Shown one piece after another: positions 13,811-26,246 of a stretch of 64,000 bases of DNA. The notes under the pieces were generated by a model. It ran no database searches and had not been told where the DNA came from. It saw only the letters and a list, made by a program, of their open reading frames with translations. The stretch is from assembly GCF_021028975.2 (NCBI RefSeq), contig NC_059433.1:49972001-50036000 (forward strand). The letters run 5' to 3'. How positions within the stretch are numbered: position 1 is the stretch's first letter; the number at the start of each line of letters is the position of its first letter. The position numbers were made by a program, and so were the translations under genes. The DNA is from Sphaerodactylus townsendi (taxonomy: Eukaryota).

Positions 13811-14639
13811 CAAGTCAGGCTATATGCTGTTTATCATTCCTGTTAGAGATCAATCCCAAATAAATCTACTCAGAATCCTACTCAAGTCTTATGGAACACT
13901 GATTTGTTCCTCTTGGGATAAATACCTTCAAGCCTTAATGGTTACTTTGCCTGCACTGATTCAACTTTATAATGAAGCTATGTGAAACAGTCTGCTTTGA
14001 GTAATAGAATCCAGAGGGTACCAGTCTTTTAACCTGCATCTCTCTGACTCATTAAAAATGCAGGAGTTGGCATTTGTGCTCTTTAACTCAAGTATAAAAA
14101 TATATGGTCAGAGTCCTAACATTGGAAGGCCATCTAGCCCAAGTTTACCCGTTTCAGTGCCTGGCTTTAACACTAAAGAACAGGTTGACAGTAGCCTTGA
14201 GCACACATAGCATTACCAGGTCTCTCACTGTGGGGGAGACCTCCTACCCTTTGCCCCCTGTCTCTACCACTGCTTATTAGGGCATGTACAGAAAAATGTT
14301 CGAGGGAGAGAGGGAAAGAGTCATCATTCCAGTGTAAACTCAGAAGTGATGTCACTACATAGGCATGAAAGTCTAGCATCCTAGATACCAGTGCAACATC
14401 ATTTTAGTCTTCTCTACCTTTTTGTTCTCCTACCTCTAAGCACATAACTTCAATCAACATGGGGTAGCATGATTTCGCCATTTGGCACCAGGCACAGTCT
14501 GCCTCTACTGTGGTGACAATGATTCCCTTTCTTCCTAAGATATCTTCCCAAGATATCAGAGTCAGTATTTGAGGAATCTTAATTTGTGTTGTGGTTTATG
14601 GCTTCCATATCTTGTTAATTTACCAACCTTTGACCCTAA

Positions 14640-14968
14640 CAGCCTAATCTAGCTGGGAACAGTGCTGCTATGTCACCCTGCTGACTCCAGAGGGTTTCTA
14701 GGAAGCACAGGGAGGCTGTGGAAAGCTGAACAATCCCAGCTACCTGAAAACCCTTTATTGGGCTTAATGGAGTTATGCCAACCAAAAGGGTGGAGTAAGT
14801 CAGTCAACCATGGGGCCAAATCCCAGTGGAATGGACTAGCATTGACTCTGCCTCCCCAAATGCCCCCAGAATGTTCACAGCAGCATTGGCCTTCACATTA
14901 GGCCAGAACAGCTGTGGAAGTGGCAGCTGCAAGAGGGTTGGGCACCAATAACATCTGCATTGGGCAGC
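14640..14968. mobile_element. Possible degenerate MITE
   Basis: Weak inverted ends CAGCCTAAT / ATTGGGCAG around a GC-richer interior. Confidence 0.3.
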
Positions 14969-15869
14969 CAAGGTTAGATCACATATTACTTTTAAGTCTA
15001 TTTTCCCACTCATTACTGTTCATGGACAGTATAAGAATTAACAGCTGTGGAATTTCAGCCACAGCAGCTGCCGTTATCTCTTATTCTGAAGCATCAAAAG
15101 TCAAGACCTCTGATCTACTTTTTCAGCCATATTATATTGTTGGCACAAATTAGCTACTCCAAGGAAAGAAAATGCAGTTCCCAGTGGTCCCTATAAGATG
15201 AATGCCCTCAAAGTGCTAACAGTTCTCTTCTTCTTTCATATTGATAGGACCAAGCCTTCCATGTAACATTTTATTCCCATGACTGTCAATTCAGCTTCAC
15301 TGAAAGTCTACTTTTTTCCTAAGGTGAAAAACACCCCTCCTCATATATATCTCAGAATCAAAATTGTGGTTGAAGAACAGCCTGCTGACTTACCAAAACG
15401 ATTCTTTGATTTCTTTTTTTGTACAACAGACAGTGACATAATAGAACTTAATGCTTTTAACATGACATTATGTTCTGCATTATAGTGCTTATTTTTGCGG
15501 GCTGTTTTCTCTGATTTACATTAAGAAGAGAAAGTAACGTGGTTAAAGGTCTCTGTATGTCCCTGTTAAGCAGTAAAGTAACTGAAGTCAAATACTGGAA
15601 TAAGTTCCAGATGGTTGCTTCTTTTAAGTTCAATAAAGAATGACTGCAGTGATAGCAAATTGATCATCTTTTTGCACTAAAAAGATATTGTGTCAGAGGC
15701 TGATGCTAATCAACAGCACCACCTTCCGTCTGCAAAAAGCCAAGCAGACTGAAAAGGACAACTTTGTTGTGCAACCTGTCCCCTTTTTGATTATTTACAC
15801 GCCACATGCCACATTTTCTCAAAGGTTTTTTTTTTTTCTGGGTATAAAAACATGACCATTATGTGCTAG

Positions 15870-16160
15870 AGGGAGTATCCTAGCAATGTTAGCTCCTTTA
15901 TAAATTAAGACCACAGCTTATAATGTTCTGTGCATAGTCTATTGCTGTAAGTATGCTTCCACTGTGTAATTTCTGCATCATTTAATGCATCATATCATGT
16001 TTTGCTTATGCTTTGTTCTATTTCAGATTTTTGCATATTTTCAGATATTTGCAAACCAAATTTTATTGCATTGTTTATTGGATGTCCCATCCCGTTGAGC
16101 ATCTTGAGCTACACTGTGTAATCTCCCTTGAGTGAGAAAAAATGAGCTATAAATAAACAA
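15870..16160 (+). mobile_element. L2-type LINE/SINE 3' remnant
   Basis: T-rich UTR ending TGTAATCTCCCTTGAGTGAGAAAAAATGAGCTATAAATAAACAAA, an L2-like terminal motif plus A-rich tail. Confidence 0.5.
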
Positions 16161-16186
16161 ACCTGCCATGCCTTTCTTGTCATCAT

Positions 16187-16791
16187 GGCCGAATCCCCAC
16201 TGAAAATTAAATACAGATACAACCAGGTTTCACCCTCCCCACCGCAACACGTGTGTGATGAGGACATCCATCTCAATCACGCAGCAATCCCCACTACCAC
16301 GCCATCGAACACGCGATCTGCTCAGCGGCTCTTCCTTCCTTGTCCTGATTGGCTATCGTGCCTTGTTGGGGTAGGAACTTGGTTTTATTTGTGCAAAAAA
16401 AATGTGCTAACGTTGAAGCGAATACGGTTCTGTCGTGTACATGTTTAAGTGAGTAATGTTCTCTCGTGCACATGTTACAACGATATACTCAGCTGGTGTG
16501 AAACAAAAAAAAGGATGTGCGCACATCATGCACAGCCCACCACGCTCTCTACAGTGGGAGATATGAAACCACATTAGACCCCCGAACCTCCCCACCGATC
16601 TGGATTGGAGACGTGTTTTTTTTAAAAGGTTCACATTCAAGCAGGTTCGGGAAAAACACGGGACGTGGGGGGGGGGGAGCGCCAGAACCGCAATGAATCT
16701 GTGTTCAGTGGTTCAGCTGTGGGGAGTTCTTCATGAGACCTGGATATTTCAGGTGAGCATCCTGGAATTAATCAGCAATGGGGGTATCACC
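16187..16791. mobile_element. PIF/Harbinger-like MITE (diverged)
   Basis: Left GGCCGAATCCCCACTG and right CAATGGGGGTATCACC are imperfect inverted ends. CpG-rich interior contrasts with the flanks. Confidence 0.55.
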
Positions 16792-17537
16792 CTAGTATAA
16801 ACATCAAATGGGTAAATAAATTGATGTAAAATCAGGTGGGTGGAATAAATTATTTAATTTGCATTAGAAACACTTCAGTAATTTGTATTGTATACTTTAT
16901 TCAGAAACCAGGTTTTAAGAAAGTGCTTCTTTTTATCACATTTGACATTCAAAAATATTTCATAAAATGGATTTAAGTAATTGATATACAAAAACTGGCA
17001 TTCTGATATTATCATGTATCATATGGTATCTTTTGGTATTGTATCATATGGTATTGAGATTTCTGTACTGGGATTGGATTCACACAATGATGGATCATAA
17101 TCATTCACCTTCTGGATTTTCCAGCCCATACAGGAAAATTTAGAAACTGAAATATTACAATAGCCTAATATCCAGCAGTGCGAGGATACTACCAAGGGGT
17201 CAGAATTTGTGCTATTTGTGGCATTTTTGATGGATATATTGAAGAAGATGCCACAGTTTATACAAGCAGGGAACAAAAATAACAGATGTGAGGTGTCAAG
17301 TTTTTTAATTTAGTAGGAACATCTCTCTGCAGCACCTACAGAACACTCTACTGCCCACATCACTAGTCAATGTGCATTCTCATTTTTTAAAAAGACTAGA
17401 AAAACTTCTGTGGTTTTTAGAGAAGAAGAGATCTGGAGTTGCATATTTTTTCAAAAATGTGTGTTCTACTTTTTGGTTTACCAGCTCACCGAGCATAAAT
17501 TATAGCAACAATAATAATATCCGAACTGAGAATAAAC

Positions 17538-17662
17538 AGCTGGTTGTTGTGGGTTTTCCGGGCTGTGTGGCCATGGTCTGGTAGATCTTGTTCCTAACGT
17601 TTCGCCTGCATCTGTGGCTGGCATCTTCAGAGGTGTATCACAGAGAGAAGTCTGTTACACAC
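17538..17662 (-). mobile_element. Penelope-like element pseudo-LTR fragment
   Basis: Reverse complement reads CCTCTGAAGATGCCAGCCACAGATGCAGGCGAAACGTTAGGAACAAGATCTACCAGACCATGGCCACACAGCCCGGAAAACCCACAACAACCAG, recognised as the squamate Penelope 3'/pLTR sequence. Same family as 20412 and 56131. Confidence 0.85.
17593..17633 (-). ncRNA. Minimal type I hammerhead ribozyme (Penelope-associated)
   Basis: RNA is CCU-CUGAAGA-U-GCCAGC-CACAGAU-GCAGGC-GAAAC-GUU^AGG. The CUGANGA and GAAA core boxes are complete, helix I is CCU/AGG, helix II is closed by GCC/GGC, and a palindromic ACGU replaces helix III. Confidence 0.8.
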
Positions 17663-18360
17663 AGAATAAGTAATTTATAGCACTGGACAAAGGAAAAGAC
17701 ACTCAATAAAGCAAAAAAGTTAAAATTAATAAGTGCCAAATACCAACTGGGAAAGGATTGTTTTAATCATGTACCTAAAGGCTCAGCTGGTTCACGTTCC
17801 CTAGATATGGAATTCTACAGTGTTTGTGCTAACATTGAGAATGTTGTGTCCCATGTAGTCACTGCACCTCAAAGCAGCTGCAGAAAATCTACATGTGTGA
17901 GCAGGTCGGGTGATATGAGAGAAGATGATCCCATAAAGGGAGAAGAGGAATTGTGTTTGATGGGTAAGTCAATGTATCAGCTGGAAGGAAGAATGGATTT
18001 GAGAGAACACTTTTTACATACCCTCATCCAGAATACAACCCCAATAGCTCTTCAGAACTTAAGCCAGGAAATGAATGACAGTCATCAGAATGCAGCTTTA
18101 GACAACTGCAATGACTGATGCTCCGTACTCATCAAGCAGAGAGCTGCCAGAATTAAAGCTGGCAATGCTTTGTGTCTTTAAGAGAAATTCTCTTAATTAC
18201 TCTTTATCCAGTTTCTTCCTAGAATCCATAATTATTTTCTTCTTTTTAGGAATGTTGAGTCTATTTCCAATCAATTTCATTTTTATCAACAAGCAATTTG
18301 AAACAAGGAAGGGGCAGGAATGAGGTTTTGTGAAATTTCAGAATTTTGCTCTACAGATGC

Positions 18361-18608
18361 TAGGCTTCCGAGCTCCCCAGTGGCTGTTAGCCAATGGCGT
18401 GACATAACTTCCAGGAAACCCAGGAAGTGACTTCAGTCTTCGCTGGGAATGTGTGAACACTCTATGGTTTCACTATAAAGTTTTGTTCACTTCCTAGAAA
18501 CATGTCTCCCTTAGAGAGGAAACCTGGAAGTGATATGCTGTGGGCTGACAGCCATCCCCTATGTCTCTAGTTTCTACCTTCTTGAAGACCAGGTGAGAGC
18601 TGGCAACC
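18361..18608. mobile_element. hAT-like fold-back MITE
   Basis: TAGGCTTCC...CTGGCAACC ends. Internal ACTTCC/GGAAGT repeats and central CTCTATGGTTTCACTATAAAG. Same family as 38972-39229. Confidence 0.6.
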
Positions 18609-18887
18609 AGATTTTTAAATATCCACAAAGTCTTCACAAAGTTTCCTATTCTTCTGCTAGAGTACCAACCCTGTGACATGTAACTTAAAACAACTGTAAG
18701 GGCTGAAGTTACAAAAGTATGCACTGATTTCTCTACAAAAAGAAATCAAACTGAAAGGAAAAGAAAATCCCTCTATTAAAAGAGAATAAAGGGGGGGAGT
18801 AAAGGAGTCTCTAAAAAGTGAATTTTTGGAAGAAATCCCTTTCTCATAATAACACTATGAGTGCCACATCAGAACCCATGCTGGGGC

Positions 18888-19112
18888 TAGGGCTGGGAGT
18901 GTCAGCTCTGGGTTGGAAAATACTTGGAGATTTGGGGGGTGGAGTCTTAGGAGGGTGGGGTTTGGAGAGTGGAGGGGATCCATTGGGGTAGAATGCCATA
19001 GAATCAATCTTCCAAAAAGGCCATTTTCTCCAGGTAAACTGATTTCTGTCACCTGGAGATCAGTTGTAATCCCAGAATATTTTCAGCCTCCACCTGGAAA
19101 TTGGCAACCTTA
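18888..19112. mobile_element. Short hAT-like element, AGGGTTGCCA family, near full length
   Basis: TAGGG...CAGCTCTGGGTTGGAAAATACTTGGAGATTTGGGGG...CCACCTGGAAATTGGCAACCTTA; multi-copy in the window. Confidence 0.75.
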
Positions 19113-20220
19113 GCTGCTGCACAGCATTACAAGTTTTGCAATGCTGAAATTTCATTGTCAATCCACATGTAGAAGTGCACCCCTCAGGTAAGAAAACAAG
19201 GTGGGTTAATTTGGTAGTTCTTTAAATGACTGCCATGATGTAAACCCTGCTAACTGTGGCTGCAGCAGCTAAGAGCTTGGTTATAAATCTATTTTTACAA
19301 TAGTCTCAAGGGGAGAGAGGAATTAGTGAGTGCTGCATGATTTATATATCCCTAAATCTGTCACTCTCAGCATTAGAGTCCCATTATACAATTCCCTAAA
19401 AATAACGTTGGTGATACTGCTGTTTTTCTCCTTGCATTAACCCTTGTTCAAATGCTTTTGCCTACTGAAGTCTGTCTGGTATGGATGGTGTTAAATGATC
19501 TTGATTCCTCATACCACTGAGCTTAAAAGAGGGGAGGGGGACACTCTCCCTCATCTTAAACAGCTGATTTCTGAAGGCAGCCAGACAGTACAGATTCCTC
19601 CAGTAGACAAATATTAAAGCTTCCATAAGCATATACTGACCTCTGTGATTCAGCATGCCCATGGTGATTTATTAAAGTGCTTTAAGTTAATACTTGATGA
19701 GCTTCAGGGGCTCAGGTCTCTGAGTAGAGTCTTTCCTTGCCTATTACTCTCAGCAAAGGCCACGTGCCAAGGACCTAAAAAATGCATTAGGTCATTCTGA
19801 GTTCAGATTCACCATGGCCTGTAGAACATCTAATTATCCTCAACAGGATAACTGTTTCCTACATGTGAGAAGATTCAAAAGAGAGTCACTCTGTGTGAAT
19901 ATTAGGACATAATAATATTATGTCTGCAACCTGAAGCTCAGTTGAATAACACTGAAATTAGTGAGTGTATATTTAGAATTGGGGCCTAGAGCTTGAATAA
20001 ACATAGGATTGATTATAGCAGGTTACACATAGATGAGATTAGAAGGACGGAAGGGCAAATTTCTGTGTTATGTTCATGCAGAGGATCAGGCAGAACTTGA
20101 GTAAAGCAACATTCAACTGACTGCTTGAAACAGAACATTTTTCCTGCCGAGCAAGTTCTACAGAGTTCTTAAAACTGCATTAGGGTCAACAGCCTCAAAG
20201 GGAGGCCTGGTGTTCTCTTG

Positions 20221-21317
20221 GGTCGTTTCTGCATGGTCCAAATATCTTGGAATGAGCAAGGGAAATATCCCAGTTTGGCCAAAAAGTCTGCACAATTCCC
20301 GGTCCTAAAGCAGATTTGTTCCACGATATTTCCCTCATTTGGCTATTTTTTTTTCAAAAACCCCACGTTGAACCCGTTACGGTGCAAACACCACAGAAGC
20401 AGAACCAGTTTGGTTGTTGTGGGCTTTCTGGGCTGCGTGGTCGTGGTCTGGTACCACAGTCACACAGCCTGGAAAGCCCACAACCGGTTGAGTCCAGCCA
20501 TGAAAGCAATACACAGAACCAGTTTATTTTTCCTGCCCAGCCTGATTTCCACACCCCATCACCCACCCCACACTCTGCCACCCCTGATCTCCCCGCCTGA
20601 TGTCATGTCAGTTTTTAACTCTGCTGAACCGCCAAACATTGCAGCCCACCCTTCCTGAAACATTCCCCCAAGCACATTTTCTGCTCATGGTATCAGCCAG
20701 GCGCCATTTTGCCAGGGTTAATCAGGAGTGGAGTCCCAAAATGTCCCTGTTTTCTTTTCTGTACATGTACTGGTTGGTCAGAGTGCATAGCTAGGGAGAT
20801 GTGCACTTTGGGCTGAATGCTAGTGGGCATATCACGGGGGAGGGGGGATCTCATTTTCCACAAAAATATGATAATGTCATTGGGAATGTGATGTGATGCT
20901 GTGCTCCACTGTTTTTTGCTGACGCTTGCCGTGTTGAGGCCTGCGCCAGGCCCTATCCAGAACTGGAAGAAGGGGGGCTTTTTCTCCCCCTGCTCACTGT
21001 GGATCGACCAATCAGAAGTGCAGCCTTTTTGTGAGCCAGCAATTCAAAAGGCAGGGCAGAAACATTCATTCAAGATGCCACCCACCAGCCAATCAGAATG
21101 CAGGACACTGGGGATGTTTGCGCATGTGCGGATATGCTTGCAGCGTAAATACAAAATACCCGGGCTAGTGTGAAACAAACTGGAGTATTTCCTCCCGGTA
21201 TTCACTTGATTCCTTCACAGAAATGGACAGCCATGTGAAGGGAGAAACTGTGATAAAATAGACCCAGATTGTAAGATACCAATTGTAACCTGGTATATGT
21301 GCTGTGCAGAAACGGCC
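20221..21317. mobile_element. PIF/Harbinger-like MITE (about 1.1 kb) with nested Penelope fragment
   Basis: TIRs GGTCGTTTCTGCA / TGCAGAAACGGCC; perfect 3-bp TSD TTG at 20218-20220 and 21318-21320. Confidence 0.8.
20412..20513. mobile_element. Penelope-like inverted pLTR mini-insertion
   Basis: GGTTGTTGTGGGCTTTCTGGGCTGCGTGG is followed by its inverted copy CACACAGCCTGGAAAGCCCACAACC. Flanked by a 12-bp direct repeat CAGAACCAGTTT (20400-20411, 20514-20525). Confidence 0.8.
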
Positions 21318-23290
21318 TTGGAAACTCATTTCCAAACGACACATTTCCTCTGGAGGCAAAAGCAACTGTAGAGGGAAAAGCCTATGGCTTCACATTCCTG
21401 TTTAACTCCCCTCACCAAGCTATCGTTCCCTGGATTCACAAGATGGAACTGGAAAGTGTAGTGTCAACCAAACACTAATGGTAATTGGAACTAATACCAG
21501 CCTGTGTCACTAACAGGTGAATATAATGTATAAAGCACAACATGAATTAACTGACCTATTTGTTTAAATATGCACAGTTAAATGACCCCATATAAATGGG
21601 TAAAGTGTTGCCTTTAGACATATTTCACTTTTATTCTGAGGCATGTTTTTAGCATTGTGTAGCTCATGATCAGTACAGGCAATGTTTATTCCTATGGAGA
21701 AACCTTGTAGAACTAAAAGACCATCAGAAAGGAGAGTATGTATGGAAGGAGCCTCACTGAGGTAATGTAGCACTGAGTTTCAATTTATTAATTGATTGAT
21801 CAGCTAAGCAGGCCATGCTGAGTCAAAACCCTCTGTAATGGATTAACAGTCATATTTTAAAACTTATGATAAAAATTTGGCATTTTTGAAGAAGAGCAAA
21901 TTCCTCAGAAAAGAAGGTAATAAATTACTCCAGAGCTAGTCTGTGAACTTAGAGTAATCCATTGAAAGGAGATAATGCTTGCATATAATGGGAGCAAGTA
22001 GTTCCGCATTGCCCCTTCATGGTGGTTCTAGGAAACATCAATATTCATTGCCTTACAAATATAATGTGTGCTATAAAGTTAATTCAGCAAATGTGAGTAC
22101 AAACAAGACTGGAAACCTATAAAACCATATCCAGAATTTTCATTGATTAGAGAGATGGGTCACATGAGCATGTCACAGTTGAACAACAACAATGTGGAGA
22201 GTTCATAATTGGTGGATCCCCTACGAAGTTAGTTATTAAGTAGAGGTGTCTCTGATATACCCTAAGGTGTTCTTTGCTTAAACATGGGTTACTCTGTGTA
22301 CTTAATTGTTTCCTAGAAGATTCTAATCCTGTGCTTAGCTGTTTGTTATTTTCAACTTGGACTTTTAAGTTAACTGATGTCAACTGCCTTATCATACTAG
22401 CAAAATTCCACCAAATTGTTTAGACTGTCTTCCAGCATTTTATGTCCTGCTTTTGGCAGGAATAATTATAAGGTTATCAGCGGTGAAGCAGGTAACAATC
22501 CATCAGAGACTATCTCCCTGGCTTTGTTTTTATAACCTACCACAGCTGTTCAAAATGGTTCCATTCCAAAATGATTACAATAGTTTTAACCTTGTCATCC
22601 GTAATGATGTATTCTTTATCCAAAAATCTTCTTATTCACTATTTGAATGAGGAAAAATGCCATGTAATGAACTCCTTCTTTGATTGTCTTCTCTAATGTA
22701 AGAGTAGTCAGAATAATTTTTGTCTTCTAATGGTTTAAATCCTGAGCATTTCAGAGTCTTTGCTCAGAATTTGTTTGGCAAATAATGTTTGGCTCATCTG
22801 TTGCCATGAGGCTAAAGGAGACTAGGTCTCTGAACTTCCATGAATCACCACAGAAGCAGGAATAAGGGGACTGTTTGTCCAAGATTAGCTGACAACGAAT
22901 TAAGGAGTAACATCGAACGAGGGGGTAATTTGCTTCTTGAAGGGAAAAGGCAGCAGGAGTCCACAAAATTGCTAAAATATATTTTTCCATCTGAGAATTT
23001 TGAGGTTAAGTAATTAACTTTGCAAATTAACCATGGTTTCCCCAGAAGCCTATTAAAGTCTGGTTTTTATATCAAGAAAAGCCCAATCTGCTTATTGGTC
23101 TTGCACAAATGATCACTCAGGCAATAGAGAGTGACGGAATAGTTAAAATGTCCGTGATATGTATGAGGGTCACTTTGAAACAAGGTAATCTACAGACTCA
23201 AATACAATACAGGCTTTGTGAAAGTTGCATTCTGTGGGTCGTGTCAGGCATTTGGGTTTTTGCATAAACAGAAAGCTATTCTAATACAAT

Positions 23291-24179
23291 GGTGAGTTCT
23301 ACACAGGGCAAATATAACCAGTGTAGAATGCTATAAAAACCATTTGGAGAGAAGGAGACTTCGCACAGATCCCACCCCCAAAAGGAGTCTGCCCCATTTT
23401 AATTCCCTCAATCCAGGATTTTCAAAAATTGCTAAACCAGCGATCCTTTTCCAAAATCTCAAGTTGCAGCCAATCCCATTCAATGGCCACAGAGGAGGAG
23501 GAGGAAGAAGAAGAGTTTGGATTTATATCTCCCCTTTCTCTCCTGAAGGAGACTCAAAGGGGCTTAAAATCTCCTTGCCCTTCTCCCCTCACAACAAACA
23601 CCCTGTGAGGTGGGTGGGGCTTAGAGAGCTCCGAAAAGCTGTGACTAGGCCAAGGTCACCCAGCTGGTGTGGGTGGGAGTGCGCTAATCTGAATTCCCCA
23701 GATAAGCCTCCACAACTCAAACGGCAGAGCTGGGAATCAAACTCAATTCCTCCAGATCAGAGTGCACCTGCTCTTAGCCACTATGCCACTGCTGCTCCCC
23801 TATACTATATTTCCCTCCATTCCACTGCGCCGTTCACGGTCAGTGAGAATCTGCCCACCATTGCCCTCCTGTTGCAGGGAGGTTCCTTTTTCTTTTTATA
23901 TTGTGTGTTGCATGTGTACAGCAATGTGGGTGTAGTCAATCATATTGTGGGACAATTGGCCTGGCCGTGGGGGTTCATTCCTGCCTGCCTGCATAGCTAC
24001 ACATGTGTTGCAGGGAAAATTTTTAAAGAGAGAGAAGCATCTCTGTGCAAAGTCATGAAAGCAATCTGATTGTTTCCATGGGCTTCAGTCATTGCCTGCA
24101 CAGCACACATGTGAATGGGAAAAAGAAAAATAGGTTCCTTTATAATAACCCATTCTACATGTGCCATGTGGAATCAACC
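23291..24179. mobile_element. PIF/Harbinger-like MITE interrupted by a SINE
   Basis: Left about 170 bp homologous to 2924-3100. Right end CCATGTGGAATCAACC is an imperfect inverted copy of the left end. Confidence 0.55.
23491..23797 (-). mobile_element. tRNA-derived SINE, Squam3-like (CORE-type with L2-related tail)
   Basis: Minus strand has A box TGGCATAGTGG, B box GAGTTTGATTCC, the CAGCTGGGTGACCTTGG core-like segment and a (CTT/CCT)n tail. Confidence 0.85.
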
Positions 24180-25545
24180 AGTGTCTCAGAGTAGAACATT
24201 ACATCATCAAACATGAACTCCAAAGGCAACCATGCAAAATGTCAGGACTGCAATTCCCAGCAATCACCAGCTCCTGCCTTTTTGCATTAGAGCAGGAAAC
24301 TGAGCTGGGGAACTACGTCAGACCAAAAATATGTAGCTACGTCAGAACCAATGGGAGACCAGGGACCGGGGCAGAGGGGAAAAGCTGATTGGTTATTGTC
24401 TGTTTTGAAAATAGAATAAATACTGGAACTGAGGACAAGAATCCTCAGTTCCAGCACCTTGTAGTTAGAGCGACCCAAGTTCTTCTTTTAACGTTGACTT
24501 TGAGTGGTGTTCAGCCTTACACAAAAGGCTTGAGAGTCGAAGCAAATAAGCACATAGAGTAATACACAGGTCCATTTTTAAAGTATTTAAGAGTAAATAT
24601 TTAGAATGATTTATTTGTTTTGATTTGGCAAGTTTACACAAAATAGCCTCGTGATGCAAGGGATGATAAATCCTCACTTAGGTTCTCGCCCTGGAAGGCA
24701 ACTCAAATCAGACCTGCTATGAAAGAGAAAGAGATTACTTTTCAGAGGTCTCTGTCAGCTAATCTTCAAAGAAGTATTAGCAGCATCCACCAAAGGCGGC
24801 AGGAATAATTAGGCTTTGGTAACCTGTTCAAGGGCACAAGTCTATTGGAGAATTAGAAGGTGGATAGTTCTTCTGTACTGTAGGGCATCCAATTAGAGAT
24901 CTGACACTTATACAATGCAATAACTCTTGGCTTTTTCAGTGCAGCACTGTTCCCTTCTAGCCTGCAGTTCTTCTTTTCCAAATCACATAATCTTTGAAAA
25001 GCCAATTGTTCTGGCTGATGTTAAAACTGGAACGAGAACATTTTCTAGGAATAGGGTTTATTTTGTTGTTGTTGTTAGTATTTTTGGATTGAATTTTATA
25101 AACTACTTGGTCTTAAATAAGATTAAATTCAAATAATAGCATAGCCGCTCCCCCCTACTTTTTTTTCTTACGTTGGAATCTATTATGTGAAACAGAGAGG
25201 AGGATATTGATGTGGATAAAATTTATGCAAACCCATTGACTAATGCTTTACACAAATACTACATGTTAAAACAAGTTTCCATTCAGTACAACATCTTGAT
25301 GACATTTACTGTGTCAGTCTAATGTTGGGATTAAATTCTGTCCATAGTTTTCAAAGGACCTACTTTTACCTGTATGTGCTGAGAATTGCCAGTATCTAAC
25401 ATGCGGTACTTTTTAATGTCAGCTCCTGAGCCTAGGAGGTAGAAGATTATACGTTTTTGGCAAGGTTGATTTGAAGGACAGAGTAATGGAAACTCATATT
25501 TGGGACAGTTTATTAGTAAGATCTTGCACTTATTCAATAAATATA

Positions 25546-26246
25546 GTGCACCTGTGGCCCCAGGCGCTCACATTTGTCTGCTTGCCAGTTTAGCCTTCCA
25601 GTGCCCTCAGAAGTGAGGGAGGAGGACTCACCAACCACCTCTCCCTCACGATCCTCACAATTCCCCAGACTTGAGAAGTGCTGACCTGGCTTCCCATCTA
25701 AATATAAGGACCACCCCACATCCCTGAGCCCTCCCCACTCTCCCTTATTGACTGACTTCCCTGCCTCTCCTTGTTGGTTTTCATCTCCTCCTAACTCTCC
25801 TTGTGGCTCCACCCCCTTTCCTTGCCCCAGCGCCAAGGCCTGACTGGTATTAAGGGGCTTGCAACCACTCAGGATGGCACTCCGCTGGCTTTCTGTTGGC
25901 CTGGAGCCTGCTCATGCTGTGCCTGGCTGCTATCTCATTGCCTGTGGCCCATTGTTGCTCCTTCTTCTGGATCCAGGGCTTGTCCCACTGCTCCATGGAT
26001 AGCTGCCTCACCATCGATTGTTCTCCCCTGCCAGGGAAAGTGAGTTGATCTCATCTCCTGGCTGCTGGGGTGAGGAGCATGGGCAGACAGCTTGATGGTG
26101 CCTCCTGCCATGGATGGCGGTCATGGATGGCCCTTGCTCTGGCAGACATTTTTGGGGGGTTCTTTGGGGGAGACTGCCCCATGGGAGTCCCAGGCAGTGG
26201 TGCCCTCTTTGACTGTGGGGCCAGCCACCATCCTGGGGCAATACCA
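25546..26246. mobile_element. GC-rich interspersed repeat, possibly LTR-derived
   Basis: Sharp compositional boundaries against AT-rich flanks and a TATA-like GGTATTAAGGGG. No clear termini or TSD. Confidence 0.3.

Noticed and set aside
13395-13985. 196-aa ORF
   Set aside because: Crosses a GC-rich MITE and its boundary; no domain motifs.
23344-24069. 241-aa ORF
   Set aside because: Reads through a MITE and an antisense SINE; chimeric chance ORF.
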